The notes under the pieces: generated by a model
Seen by the model: the letters and a program-made list of their open reading frames with translations, nothing else
Databases searched by the model: none
What the model was told of the DNA's origin: nothing
Translations under genes and position numbers: made by a program
Shown here: positions 49,381 to 64,000 of the stretch, piece by piece
Position numbering within the stretch: position 1 is the first letter of the stretch
How the letters are laid out: each line of letters starts with the position of its first letter
Source: the human T2T-CHM13v2.0 reference genome, Homo sapiens
Reading direction: 5' to 3' (one strand)
DNA length: 64,000 nucleotides
Assembly: GCF_009914755.1 (NCBI RefSeq)
Contig: NC_060937.1

Positions 49381-50818
49381 CATATAGCTTGTATATATGT
49401 ACTAGAAGATAAATATATTAAACATAAATACACACAGATACACACATACACACACAGAAAAAAAGACAAAAAGAGTGAGGAAGAGGGAGAGAGACAGAGA
49501 GGTTTCGGATATCAATTTGAAAAAAATATAAATATAACAAAGTAAAATGTGCTCAGATAAAACAGTGTCATCTAAGCCATTGGATATAAGGACCCATGAA
49601 GCCATCATTGCAATACATAATATGAATGTTAACTATCATGAGAATATGACTATGTCCACATATTTTCCCAGAATTTTAAAAATTTTATTGCAATTTAAAT
49701 GAATATTTTGTTTATTTGGTTGTAACTAAGGGTTTTTCAGATTTGTTACCTTCTGTCAGTACCTACAGTTTATATCCTCAATCTGCTGCCTTTTTTTTCA
49801 AGATCTATACTTTGGTTTAGCTATGAACATTTTCCCTAATTCTCAATCTCTGTCTTGAACAGTTTCATAATTTTGAATTGTATTTAAATATATAAAATGA
49901 GGCAATACTATTAATATACTGAAATATTAATTTCTAAAATAATATTTTTCAATGGGCAAAATTAGTGGATATGAATTAAATATATTATGTCTTAAGACTA
50001 TGACAAATGGGCAAGTATATCTGTAGTTTTGGGTATTATTAAGATCAGTGTTTCATATGAACTCTCTTATATGTGCTGTACTCAATAACCCATTGATAGC
50101 CTGATTTCAATATATTACATTGTGGAGTACATGTGTATTGTCTATTAAGGTAAAAGATTGAACTTGTGTAATAACCATTATGCTATTAGGTCTATTAAGC
50201 TGACATTTGTTTAAAAGAACAATTGCAAAGAGAAGTATAAATCACTGTTCATTACAAATTCCATGAAAAGTATCCTTAGGGTAATTATTTCATTTATTTT
50301 GATTTAATTAAATTTTATTGAGTGATGCTTATTGATAGTTTAATTCAATGAAAAGATTAATAAAATATTTTTGCTGCAATTATAAGATGTTATCAAGAGG
50401 GAACTAATATTATAAAGCATTGATTTACATACTATCTGAAACTATATGACATTGTAATAAGAAATACCTTGCTTCAAAAAGAAGCAAGAAATATCTCTAA
50501 GAATTCATAAGTATAAACATACAAAATCTGAAATGCCCTTAGTTAAAACAAATAAACAATATATGCATTTCTACTGCAATGTAAAAGAGAGTGAAACAGT
50601 CAACATTTTCTTTTTGTGCATTGTATATGGTTGTATACAGCTGAAGATTAAATTACATCCCTTGCCAACAACATGTTGAGAGTACTTATCTTTCATTATC
50701 CACTATAAGACAATGCCATTCTTTTCTATTATGTTTTCCCTTTAGAAGTTAATAAATGTTCTTCTTAAAATGAATACATTTATTTTTAGTTTATAACCCC
50801 AGGCTTTCAAAAATTCTG

Positions 50819-50951
50819 TGAAAGAATAAATGCTTGAGTGGTTGGATACCCCATTCTCCATGATTTCACATTGCATAATTGTATGAAAATTCTCATGTAC
50901 TTCAGAAATATGTACACCTACTATGTGCCCACAAAATTTAAAAATAAAAAT
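50819..50951 (+). mobile_element. Short L1MA 3' end
   Basis: ggataccccattctccatga...acacctactatgtgcccacaaaatttaaaaataaaaa, flanked by aattctg on both sides. Confidence 0.8.
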
Positions 50952-52701
50952 AATTCTGACCAAATTTTGCCATCCAATGTTTTGACATTACATCTCAATT
51001 TTAATATGTGTACTACCAATGTTCAGTGTTCAATAAGCCAGGACCAGGATCCTGACAGTCTGTAGTACATCATCAGACATGCTTGTTAAGGTTCATGTGA
51101 ATTCATTAATCAAAAATACTTTCTGCAGATGATCATGCAAAAAGTTATAAGTCAATTGAATTGCATAATTATCCAATACACATTTATCCATTTTGTCAAT
51201 AAGAATAACATGATACACTTTATAATTTATTGTCTTCTTCAATTTCTATCATCAATGTTTAATAGTTTTCAGCAAATAGATCCTTCACTTCCTTGATTAA
51301 ATTTATTCCTATTTTATTATTTTCATGCTATTGTAAGTAGGATTGCCCTCTTAATTTCTTTTTCAAACACTAACAGTGTATAAGTGTAAAAACAAAATTT
51401 TTATGTTGAATTTGTATCCAACAACTTTACTGAATTTTTTTATATTTCTAACAGTTTTTTGGTGGATTATCTAAGGTTTTATAAATGTAAGATCATATTA
51501 TCAGCAAACAGACCATTTCAATTCTTTCTTCCCTATTTGGATAACTTTTCTTCCTTTTTCTTATTGAACTGCTTTTGTATTATGTTAAATAGAAAAGAAG
51601 AGAGTGGTCATCCTTGTCATGTTCCTGATTGTAAAGGAAAAGCTTTTAACATTTTACCATTAAGAATTATGTTAGCTGTGGGCTTGTTATATATGGCCTT
51701 TGTTCTGTTGAGGTATATTCCTTCTATATCTAATTTGTTGAGACTCTTTATCATGAACAGGTGGTGAATTTTGTCAAATTGATATATTTAAAATCCTTAA
51801 CCACTGATGAAAATAATTCTTAACCATTGATGAAAAAAATGAAGAGGGCACAAATAATGGAAAGATATCCTATGTTTATGGATTGGAAAAATTGATAATG
51901 TTAAAATTTCTGTACTACCCAAAGGGATCTACATATTCAATGCAATCACTATCAAAATTTCAATGTCATTTTTTACAGCAATAGAAAAAATACCCCCAAG
52001 TTCATATGAAACCACAAAAAAACCTGAATAGTCACAAGGTGAGTAAAGAAAAAATAAAGCTAGAGGCATCACACTACTTAAATTCAAATTAGAAAAAGCT
52101 ATAGTAATAAATCCATCATGATACTGACATTAAATCAGACATATTGACCAGTGGAACAGAATAGAGAGCCCAGAAATAAACTCTTGCATTTATAATCAAT
52201 GGATTTTTGAAAAAGTTGCCCAGAACACAATGTGAAAAAGGGAGCATGTTCAATAAATGGTCCTAGTAAAACTGGATATCTACATGCAGAAGAAAAAATA
52301 GAAAAAGCATCTCAAAATGAACTAAGGACTTCAGTGTAAGACCAGAAACTATAAAACTACTCGGATAAAACACAGGGGAAAGGCTCCATGACATCAGTTT
52401 TGGCAGTGATTCTTTTGTATAGGACCCAAAAATATCAGGCAACAAAATCAGAAATAGAAAAATACAATTTTATGAAACTAAAGAGGTATTTCACAGAGAA
52501 GGAAACAATCCACAGAGTGAAGAGACAACTTATGAATTAGGAGAATATACTTGCTAAACATACATCTGCTAAAGAGTTAATATCCTAAATATAGAAGAAA
52601 CTCAGACAACTCAATAGCAAGAAAACAACCTGATTTTTAAAATGGGCAAAGGAACTAAGTAGACATTTCCTTAAAAAAGACATAACTATGATCAACAGGA
52701 A

Positions 52702-53053
52702 CAGTCATGAGTCACTTAATGATAGAGATACGTTCTGCTAAATGCCTAGTTAGGCAATTTCTTTATTGTAAAAGCATCATAGCATGTACTTAACACAAAC
52801 CTAGATGCTATAGCCTACTACACAACTAGGATATGTACTATTGCCTATTACTTCTAGGCCTCAAACCTATACAGCATGTTACTCTACTGAATATTGCAGG
52901 TAATTGTAACATAATGTTAAGTATGAATATTTCTATATGTAAATGCAGCTAAACATAGAGGAGGTATGGTAAGAATACAATATTATAATCTTATGTAATT
53001 GCCCTTGTATATGAGGTTTTTGGACTGAAATATTGTTATGCAGTGCATGAATA
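52702..53053 (+). mobile_element. Tigger3a (MER7A) Tc1/mariner non-autonomous element
   Basis: cagtcatgagtcacttaatga...tgttatgcagtgcatga terminal inverted repeats, internal acacaaacctagatgctatagcctactacaca, about 350 bp. Confidence 0.9.
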
Positions 53054-53879
53054 TATATAAAATTGGTTAACATCATTAATGATCAGAGAAATCCATGTTA
53101 AAACCACAGTGAGATTTCATCTCACATCTGTTAGAATGACTGTCATCAAAAAGATAAAAGACAAGTGTTGATAAGAATTTGGAGAAAGGGAACCCTTGTG
53201 CGCTGTTGGTAGGAATCTACGTTAGTACAGCCCTTATGGAAAACAGTGTGGCGGTTCTTCAAAAAACTAAAAATAGAACTACCATATGATCTAGGAGTCT
53301 CACTACTGGGTATATATCCAAAGGAAAGGAAATCAATATATTAAAGAGATATCTGCACTACCATAATCGTTGCAGCTTTATTCACAATAGCCAAGATATA
53401 GAATCAATCTAGGTGTCCATCAATGGATGATGAATGAATAAAGAAAATTTGGTGTATACACAATTGAATACTGTTCAGCATTAAAAATTAAGAAAGGACT
53501 CCCATATGTGAAAACATGGATGAACCTGGAGGTAATAAATAAGCCAGGCACAAAAAAGAAAATACTACATAATTTCATACATGTGTGAAAGCACTTATAG
53601 GTGGATTTCACTTCTGGGAGTCAAACTTATGGAAGAGAGAGTAGAATGGTGATTACCAAAGGCCAGGTTGGGAGGTGGGAGGAGAAATGCAGAGATGTTG
53701 GTCAAAAGGTACAAATCTTCAGTTAGATAGGAGAAACGAGATGTTGGGGTCTGTTGCAATGCAACTGCACTATTGCGGACCCCTTATCTGCAATAGTGCA
53801 GATAAGAAATATTTTAAAAATGAGGGAAATATAAAATGCTTGATTTTTAAAATGAATAAATTTAATAAATAGCTATTTT

Positions 53880-54789
<910 letters not shown>

Positions 54790-55383
54790 TATAGTTAATA
54801 ATAATGTAATTTTTAATTGTTGAGCTAGTAGATTTTAAATATTTCCACTACAAAATAAGTATGTAAGGTAATGTGTAGGTTAATTAGCTTGATTTAATTA
54901 TTTCATAATGTATACATGTTCCAAAATATTGTCTCAAATATAATAAATATATACAATTATTATTGTCAATTACAAATAACACTATATTCTGTGAAAAAAA
55001 TGAATAGGGTAAAATAGCTTTAACAAATGCTGTAAAAGTGGGGTCCAACTTTCTTTTTTGTGTAAGAAAATAAGTTATTTTGGAACCATTTGTTAATAAT
55101 TGTGTTTAAATCAAAGTGAACACTAATTATTGCTTCTACTTACCATGACAAGTGTTAAGACTGATATATCTGTCATCATTAAAAATGTATGGATATAACT
55201 GAACAGAAGAAAATTAATATGTCTACAATGCCTACATATGCTAGCTGGAAGTCATTTTAGCCAAGAACAAAATTTATTGAACCCAGTTGTATCTTTGAAT
55301 TTGAGATCTCTCAGAAATTGTTGTATTTCATTGAAGCTTTGTGGAAGAAAGGGGTAGACAGGGTAGATGGTCTATTCCAATGG

Positions 55384-55794
55384 GTGACAGTGTTAAATTG
55401 CACTTTTGATTCAAGTTATTCACCACTTTTCTCTACTTGGCCTACAGCAATTCTTCTTTATGCCCTTCCCCCTGGGATGAGTATACATTATACTCGTTGA
55501 TAGCAGACTTAACTATAAACTTGCACTAGACAATGGGATGTGAGCAAATGTGACATATGTCATGTTTAAACAGAAAATTTGTGTCATCGTGTGTGTCTTC
55601 AATTTTTCTTTTTTGTCTTTCTTGAGAATTAAAATGTCTCAAAGGGGTTTGTTCTTTTAGCTTGGACTCAGTAATGAAAATAAGACATTAAAATTCAGCT
55701 TAATTAGAACAAAACAAAACAAAAAAAACCCTATTGTAAGTCACCAATATTTGGGGATTGTTACCACAGCATAGTTTAGTAAAAAATGACTAAT
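55384..55794 (+). mobile_element. Old MLT1 (I/J-like) solo LTR
   Basis: caatgggatgtgagcaaatgtgacatatgtcatg and tttggggattgttaccacagcata...tgactaata. Confidence 0.6.
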
Positions 55795-56429
55795 AATTAA
55801 AAATAATTCATTAAGCTATACTTTAAAATTATAAATCATCCATAAAGCTAATTAACTTAACAAATACTATTTTTTTCCTTGGTAGTAAACGTGTAGAAAC
55901 TAATGACAGAAGTCCATTATTTTAACTTAAAATCCACTTGTCCATTAATAACTGAATTACTTTGTATTTTAAATTTAAGAATTTAATAGTTCTATCAATT
56001 GAAATCAGAAGAATAGCTACTACCTCACAGAAAAAAAGGAATATGTACAGACATAATTGTATTAATCAGTCAATAACTATTAAAGTTATATACGTGTGTA
56101 ATTTGAAAAAGCAAGTCACTTTTTCGGAAATATTTCCATATTTACCACCAAGTAGGAAAATAAAAGTTGCATAACCACTTAAAGGTAAGTGTACCAGTGG
56201 TTTCTGAGATTGGATTTTTTTTTTTTAATTTGGGAGAATGGTATTTTGGCCCTAATGAAATTTGATTTTACCAAATAAAGTAATGTAATTTTTTTGGTAC
56301 AGTAGTGTAACAGATTATCACATCCATGAATGTACAGGAATGTGATTACATTGAATGTATGCCTTCCTGAGACAAGCTGGAAGGATAGGAGTTGTGTGTG
56401 GTGGTGGTGGAGAGGGGCCCAGGGGTATC

Positions 56430-56705
56430 ATTATTGGAGACAAGTTTTTGTGGATCTCGTTTCTGCATATGTTGTGATAGCAGTCTATCTTTTCAAGGAT
56501 ATTTGTATAGTGAACAGCCTTGGAAGACAGAGATTGTGTCTCTCTCCTGAGCAAAGGTAGATCTATTTTTTGTCTAAGATAATAAAGATAGTGTCCCTCA
56601 ATGGAGCAAATGATGAGAAAGTTTCCTGGTATTTTTCTTATAAGTTTACACGTTTCTTAACCTCAGGGTCCTTCCACTGTTACATAAACCCACTGATTGT
56701 GTAAC
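56430..56705 (+). mobile_element. Partial ERV LTR (LTR47-like)
   Basis: ctatcttttcaaggatatttgtatagtgaacagccttggaagacagaga...gagcaaagg. Family name from recall. Confidence 0.45.
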
Positions 56706-59369
56706 AGTTTGCAGTCTGTTCATGTTCTTTTTTCATGTCCCAAAATGCATCTTGTAAAATTTTTATCTTAAGGACTTCAGATATGAAATTTATACTTGGT
56801 CTGCCATTAATTTCTACTTGTTAGATCATTTTCTATGTAACGTATTATTAATGGCAAGGCATGAAATGTCCTTATTTGGGTTAGCTTAAATTAAATTTGC
56901 TACAGTCCATATGCAAAGATTTTGTCAATTTATTCACTTATATTGTACATATTTTTAAAGTCAATTGTGAGCATTTATTAGGAATTAGAGATAAGGTAAG
57001 TAAATACTTACTCTCAATACAACTAATATTCTGTAAAAGAGTTAGACAAAGTAAGCAATCAATATACTGCCCATTTATAATATATTTTAAAAAGGAAATG
57101 AGACATATTGAGCATTTTATGTATATTAAAACTGATTTTAAATTTTATATTTATTATTGTAAATAATATACTGGGAAACTATTTGTTGGGAGGGTTATTT
57201 ATATCTCCATTTATTCACAAGAAATATGGTGCTCATGGAAGTTATATAACCTACGTCTGTCTATACAATTCTCACTTACTTTCTACTAATTTTTTTCTTC
57301 ATCATTTAAAATATATGAAGTAATTAGCAAGATAGTAGATAAAAATAATATAACACAGATGTAGTTAATGCCATTTAAAAAGCTAATGTTTAGAGGGAAA
57401 ACAAATATATATACAAAATACAAAGAGTGAGTTTTAAAAATAATAATGAAAACTACTTAATTCTGGCCCTTTGGTCAGAGGACAATGTCTACTTGAAACC
57501 AGTCCTGTGCTGAGCTCTAAAAAATGAATAAATGTCATAAGCCAGACAAAGATCAGACAGTGCAGAGAAAATAGGAGGTTCAAGAACACAGATAGTTAGG
57601 GAAACATCATAATATAAAGGGAACACACAATTAGAAGTTGATCAGAAATATAGTGTAATTAAGAGCATTGGAGGAGTAAGATTCAAGAAATGTTTGGGGC
57701 CATTATTGTAGCTATGTGACTCTTAAAATATGGTGAGTGCTATACCAGAAGAATAAAAAATAGTTATTGAAGTACAGAGGGAGAAGAAGTGATTAATATT
57801 GCTAGGAGTTATTCTAGCCATGAATCGAACTTTACAGAAAAAAAAAATTTTAATCTGTTTGATTCCTGGAAATTCCTCTCAAACTCTGAGGACTGAGAAT
57901 GAGAGAAACTCCATCTTTCTTAGTCTTCCTGCTGGTGGAGAAATGAGACTGAATGAAAAAAATAGAAAAAAAATGCTGTTAAAAATGTAGTAATACTGTA
58001 TATATTTTACATGATTTTCATTTTTATCTCATTTATTGATTGAAAAATATATTTAAAAGGAGATGGTTTCTAGACTTTAGTATATTCATTTTCTCTACTG
58101 TGTTCAAATCCCCACAATAGCACATTAATGTTTTGAGATGGGATGTCAAATGTGTTCATCACATTTTGAATTATGTATTATGGATTTGCATGAGCTGTGG
58201 TAAACATTATCATTTTTATTTTAGTAAAATACTTGTGAAGAGGTTATAGCCAAGCCCATTTTCACATTTGTCTCCATGCCAATGTTTCATGTCAGATAGA
58301 ACATATTTTGACTTTGCATTAGTTGGAATAGTTTGGGAATACTTCTTATTCTAGCTGAATAAATGTGATATTTTTGTTCTTTTAATATTAATGGATATCA
58401 CATTCATTATATATTTTAGCATATTTATTGATTAAATAAAACATGTATAAATTTGTGTTTTAAATCCATGGTATTATATAACCATAATTAACATAATCAA
58501 ACTGTATCTTAAACTATTTAACATTGTCAATTCCCTAACAGAAAATGTATTACTTCCTGCAACAATGACATTTTACAAAGTATGTTTTTTCCGCATTTCT
58601 CTCTTGCAATTTTAGGAATATTAGAGGGAGTGTTTAAACACCTTCATTATACATCTTTTTTTCCATGGTTTTCCAAATGTTTTCATATGAAATTAAATGT
58701 AACCTACGTACACATCCTGAAACACCAAAGGACCCAATTCAGTCTGTCAAACAAGTAATTTGAAAAACAAAGTCATTGTTATATTTCAAATATAAAAGAA
58801 AAAGAAAAAAAAGGACATCAAAATATGTAGTCAAAAAGAGAATAAAGAAATATTAAAATATGAGTACTATGATGAAATGAAGTAAGTAGGGACAATAAAG
58901 TTCATTGGAGGCTTTTTCTCTTCTGTTTTAATTTGTGAACTTAAAAGTGTTCCTGGATATAGGTCAGCATGTATTGTTTGTGGTTTTGTAGCTGAAATTT
59001 AACTTATATAAAAATTATAGAAGGCCAACTTAATTTTTTGAAATAGCTCACTAATTTGTTAGGGCCATTGACTTATTTCATATATTATGTTCAAAATTTT
59101 TCTGTCCTACTGGATATTCTAGAAAGGAATAGAAGGGAAGGATGCTGTTTATAATGTAGTGAAAGACCCTCACATAACTAGGATCTCATGGCTAGAATGA
59201 ATAATAAATGTAAAAAAGAGTATTACTTAATTCATGCATTATGTTGAGATTGGAGGCTAGAATTTGATTGCATTTAATAATTATGCTGGCCCCAAAATAA
59301 TAATTTCTAATAACATTAATACAATATGTTAATAATCCTAATCAACTGAAACTACCAAGAGAAGTACAG

Positions 59370-59861
59370 AGTGTACCTCGCTGTGATTCCTCTCTCCTGG
59401 TGTTCCTGTCTTTGTGTAATCAATCCCCTCTTCATGAGTATTGGCAGGATAATGTAATGGGATGTCACTCTTATGGTTACACTATATTATTTGCCTCTGT
59501 CTTAGATGGCTCCTAAGAAGTTTGTGAACATGTTGGCAGGCTTGTGTGGCAAGAAGATGAGAGTGGTCTCTAGGAAGTGAGTGTAGCCTCCCATTGACAA
59601 CAAGAAGTTGAAACCATCAGTTCTATAACCACAAGGCAATAAATTCTGCCAACAAAACTGTGTCAAATCGGAAGTGAGTTCTTCCCTATGTTCAGATGAG
59701 ACTACAACTTAGCTAACAAATTGTTTGCAACCTGTGATACCCCAGAGAGCACACTCAGTTAAGCCTGAACTTTCAATCCACAAAAACTGTGAGATATATA
59801 CGTGATTTTTTAGACTATTAGGTTTATGTAATTTGTTACCTAGAAACCAATAACTAACACA
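59370..59861 (+). mobile_element. MLT1 (E/F-like) solo LTR
   Basis: aattctgccaacaa, ccacaaaaactgtgagata and gtaatttgttac...taactaacaca. Confidence 0.75.
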
Positions 59862-60140
59862 ACCTTCAAAACTTAATGAAGAGGAGGGCATACAGAGACA
59901 ATAATATGAGTAAAAACACTGTTTTAAACATGAATGCTGCATACTGCAATAAAGGAAAAAGTAAAAATAAAAAGAATTTAGGAAGCTTGGCTCTTTGTCT
60001 TAATTTTATCTTAATTTATTCATTTCAAATTATGAAAAATCACCTAATCCTTGAACCTCAATTTTCTGAATTGTAAAATGCAGAAATACATATCCTATTG
60101 GATAGTCCAGATTTTTGTAATTGTAATTATTAATTATTTC

Positions 60141-61314
<1,174 letters not shown>

Positions 61315-62849
61315 ATTATTAATTATTTCAAAACACGTTCCCAACTTTTCTTTTAATCATCAGAAGTTAACTCTATTTCAATTTTGTGGTTATACAGAGT
61401 AAAATTGGCTCACTCATTTTTAGCAGATTTGGGGTTCTCAAGTGAACTGCTTTTTATTTTATAATATTGCTTTGTTTTTTTCTGAGTTTTAAATCTCTTT
61501 GGTGCCACTGGTGTGTATCCTGAGATTAGTAATAAAAATATCTTTGCCTTCTGAAATATACATGATTATATTAATTTAATTTTTGAATAAATGTTTCAGA
61601 AATGCACTCTAGGCTATATCCAGAGGTGTAATATGTTTTAACTCTTATAAGTAAGAAGTCCTTCTTTGCTATGAAGAAGGTTTGTAAATAAAACTTAAAG
61701 CTACTACTCAAAATAATTTTTAACAAGTTGTTGAAGACAAGGGAAATTCAGGAAGACATATAGTAGTCATAAAAACATCCACTTAATCGTTTAATATTTA
61801 ATACTTAAAATGTCTGAGACTCCTATCTCAGCAATTTTGAGAAAGAAGACTTTAGTTGTCTAAAGTCCATCTTTAAAAAATATCATATAGAGGAAATCTA
61901 AAAGTTAAACATCAGACAATCTTCTCTTTTACCCTTATACACTTGCTTTATTGCCTTTTCATACTGGTGAAAACAGTTGAAAGCATATAGTTCCTATAGC
62001 CTAGTAATATTTCTGGTGCTGCTATCATGATCATGGAACAGGCATTCACAGAATTTCAGAAAATTCTAGCCTTACTATTTCTATCCTGTAAACTTTTTCT
62101 GACATTCTCTTCTATAGTCTGTATTCCTATTCAACCTCTGGCGGGGAAAATTTTAATATTTAATAGGTCAATTTTCACAAACTTTCACTGATCTGCTATA
62201 AATGCAATTATATCACATAAAATTACAATGACATATAATACTTGCATCATGCACATTTACATTACTTTTTGATTAAATTTAACTTCTTTAATAAACTACA
62301 AGGACCTTGACATCTAAATTTAACTTGATCCCCTAGTTAGGGCAAAATATACATTGAACAATATATATGAACATAAACATCATTTTAAAGAATTGATGTG
62401 TAATTAACTTTGTGATCATAGCTGTGAAAACAGCTTTTCATTGCAAACGTCAAAGAGACTGACCTTTGTATTGAAGAATGAAGTAACTACAGAGCATGAC
62501 AGTTCAGCCTTCTACTGAAATTGTTTCATGGAGGAGCATTAGAATCATAGCATATGCTAGTTCTGCTCTCTTTTATTTTACAGTTGTTTCAAGAATTACT
62601 GTTCTCCTCTGATACTCCAAACTTAATTGGTATAAATAGATTATAATAAATTATAGAATTGTCTCCTCAGTGTTATTCTTACCTTCTCAAAGTAACTTAG
62701 TCTGTAAGGTAGACAGGTGAATCTTTCGGGGAAAAAAAAAATCCTCAAGTGGTATGTCTTAGAACTAAGAACCTGAATAAAAGCTGATATGTGATCTGAA
62801 GAAATTTGAGTAGGCCTTCATGTGGGGAAAAAAAAAAAAGATTAGACTT

Positions 62850-63140
62850 TACTGAAAGTGTGTAATGAAGAATAGGTAAGCGGAAGTGAGTTTATTCAAG
62901 CATAAGAAAGAGAAAGCTTGGAGAGACTCATCATTAGTTTGGGGTTATATGAAAAAGGTCTCGTACGGTAGTATTGAATAGTTTTTCCTCTACATTCACT
63001 GAATATAGGACAAGGGGGAATAAGTTTAAATTGCAGAAAAGTAAGTACTTCCTGACTGTGGGTATCATAAGCCACAAGAATGTGTTATCAAGAGAGGTTA
63101 CAGTATTTTCTTCTCTAAAGGTGTTTGAAAAAAATCTTTT
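62850..63140 (+). mobile_element. L3/CR1 LINE 3' remnant
   Basis: ggacaagggggaataagtttaaattgcag...acttcctgactgtg...agagaggttacag...ttcttctctaaaggtgttt resembles the L3 ORF2 end. Confidence 0.55.
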
Positions 63141-63641
63141 ATAAAAAATTATCCTCCAATAATTTTGGCACTATCTAGCTAAAAGCAGGGAAATAATCCT
63201 CTGTTAAATTATCACACCATTTAATTCCATTCCAAGAGTGAATTATGAAAATGAAAAATGATTTTAAAATGTACTTTTTCAAAGTAAAAAGGTGTACAAA
63301 ATCTTGTGATCAATAAAGCTCACATATCTGAAAATTCTAATTATTCTAAAAATAATGTTATTTTTGATAGCATAATATAGAATAATTTTATTCTAAAAAT
63401 TATAATTTCACTTGGTTTTCTTTGCCAAAATGAAGTAAAGCATTTAATAAAAGACAGAATATTCTTGCTGTACAACCTGCTGCTATAGAGGTCATATAGC
63501 AAAATGACATTAAAGAAATAGAAATAAATACATTTATAGCTATTTATATTATTATGACTTTTAATATTAAGATAGTCATTTCTAATGTTTTAGGGCATAA
63601 TGTGGTGAGAGAGGACACATTTTCATATACAAAAATTCTAA

Positions 63642-64000
<359 letters not shown>

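Noticed and set aside
49165-49608. Tyr/Ile/His-rich ORFs
   Set aside because: Translation of TA/CA low-complexity sequence.

Overview
AT-rich primate (human-like) genomic DNA made up mostly of interspersed repeats. I found no supportable host protein-coding exon, RNA gene or CRISPR array. All long ORFs are LINE-1 ORF1/ORF2 remnants or chance frames in Alu, LTR or simple-repeat DNA. Main structures: (1) a five-layer nest at about 11.9-23 kb (old L1M > MLT1 > full-length THE1 with AATAG target-site duplication (TSD) > two-LTR MER61-type provirus > Alu); (2) a MER57-type provirus cut off by a 5'-inverted L1PA that has no TSD, probably an insertion-mediated deletion; (3) four 5'-inverted (twin-primed) L1s within 35 kb, two of which share several non-consensus alleles; (4) several small DNA-level templated copies and hairpins. 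Repeat family and subfamily names come from my recall of consensus sequences and should be confirmed with Dfam/RepeatMasker. I see no evidence of a new gene-based system. The best candidates for something unreported are locus-specific retrotransposition and repair events.
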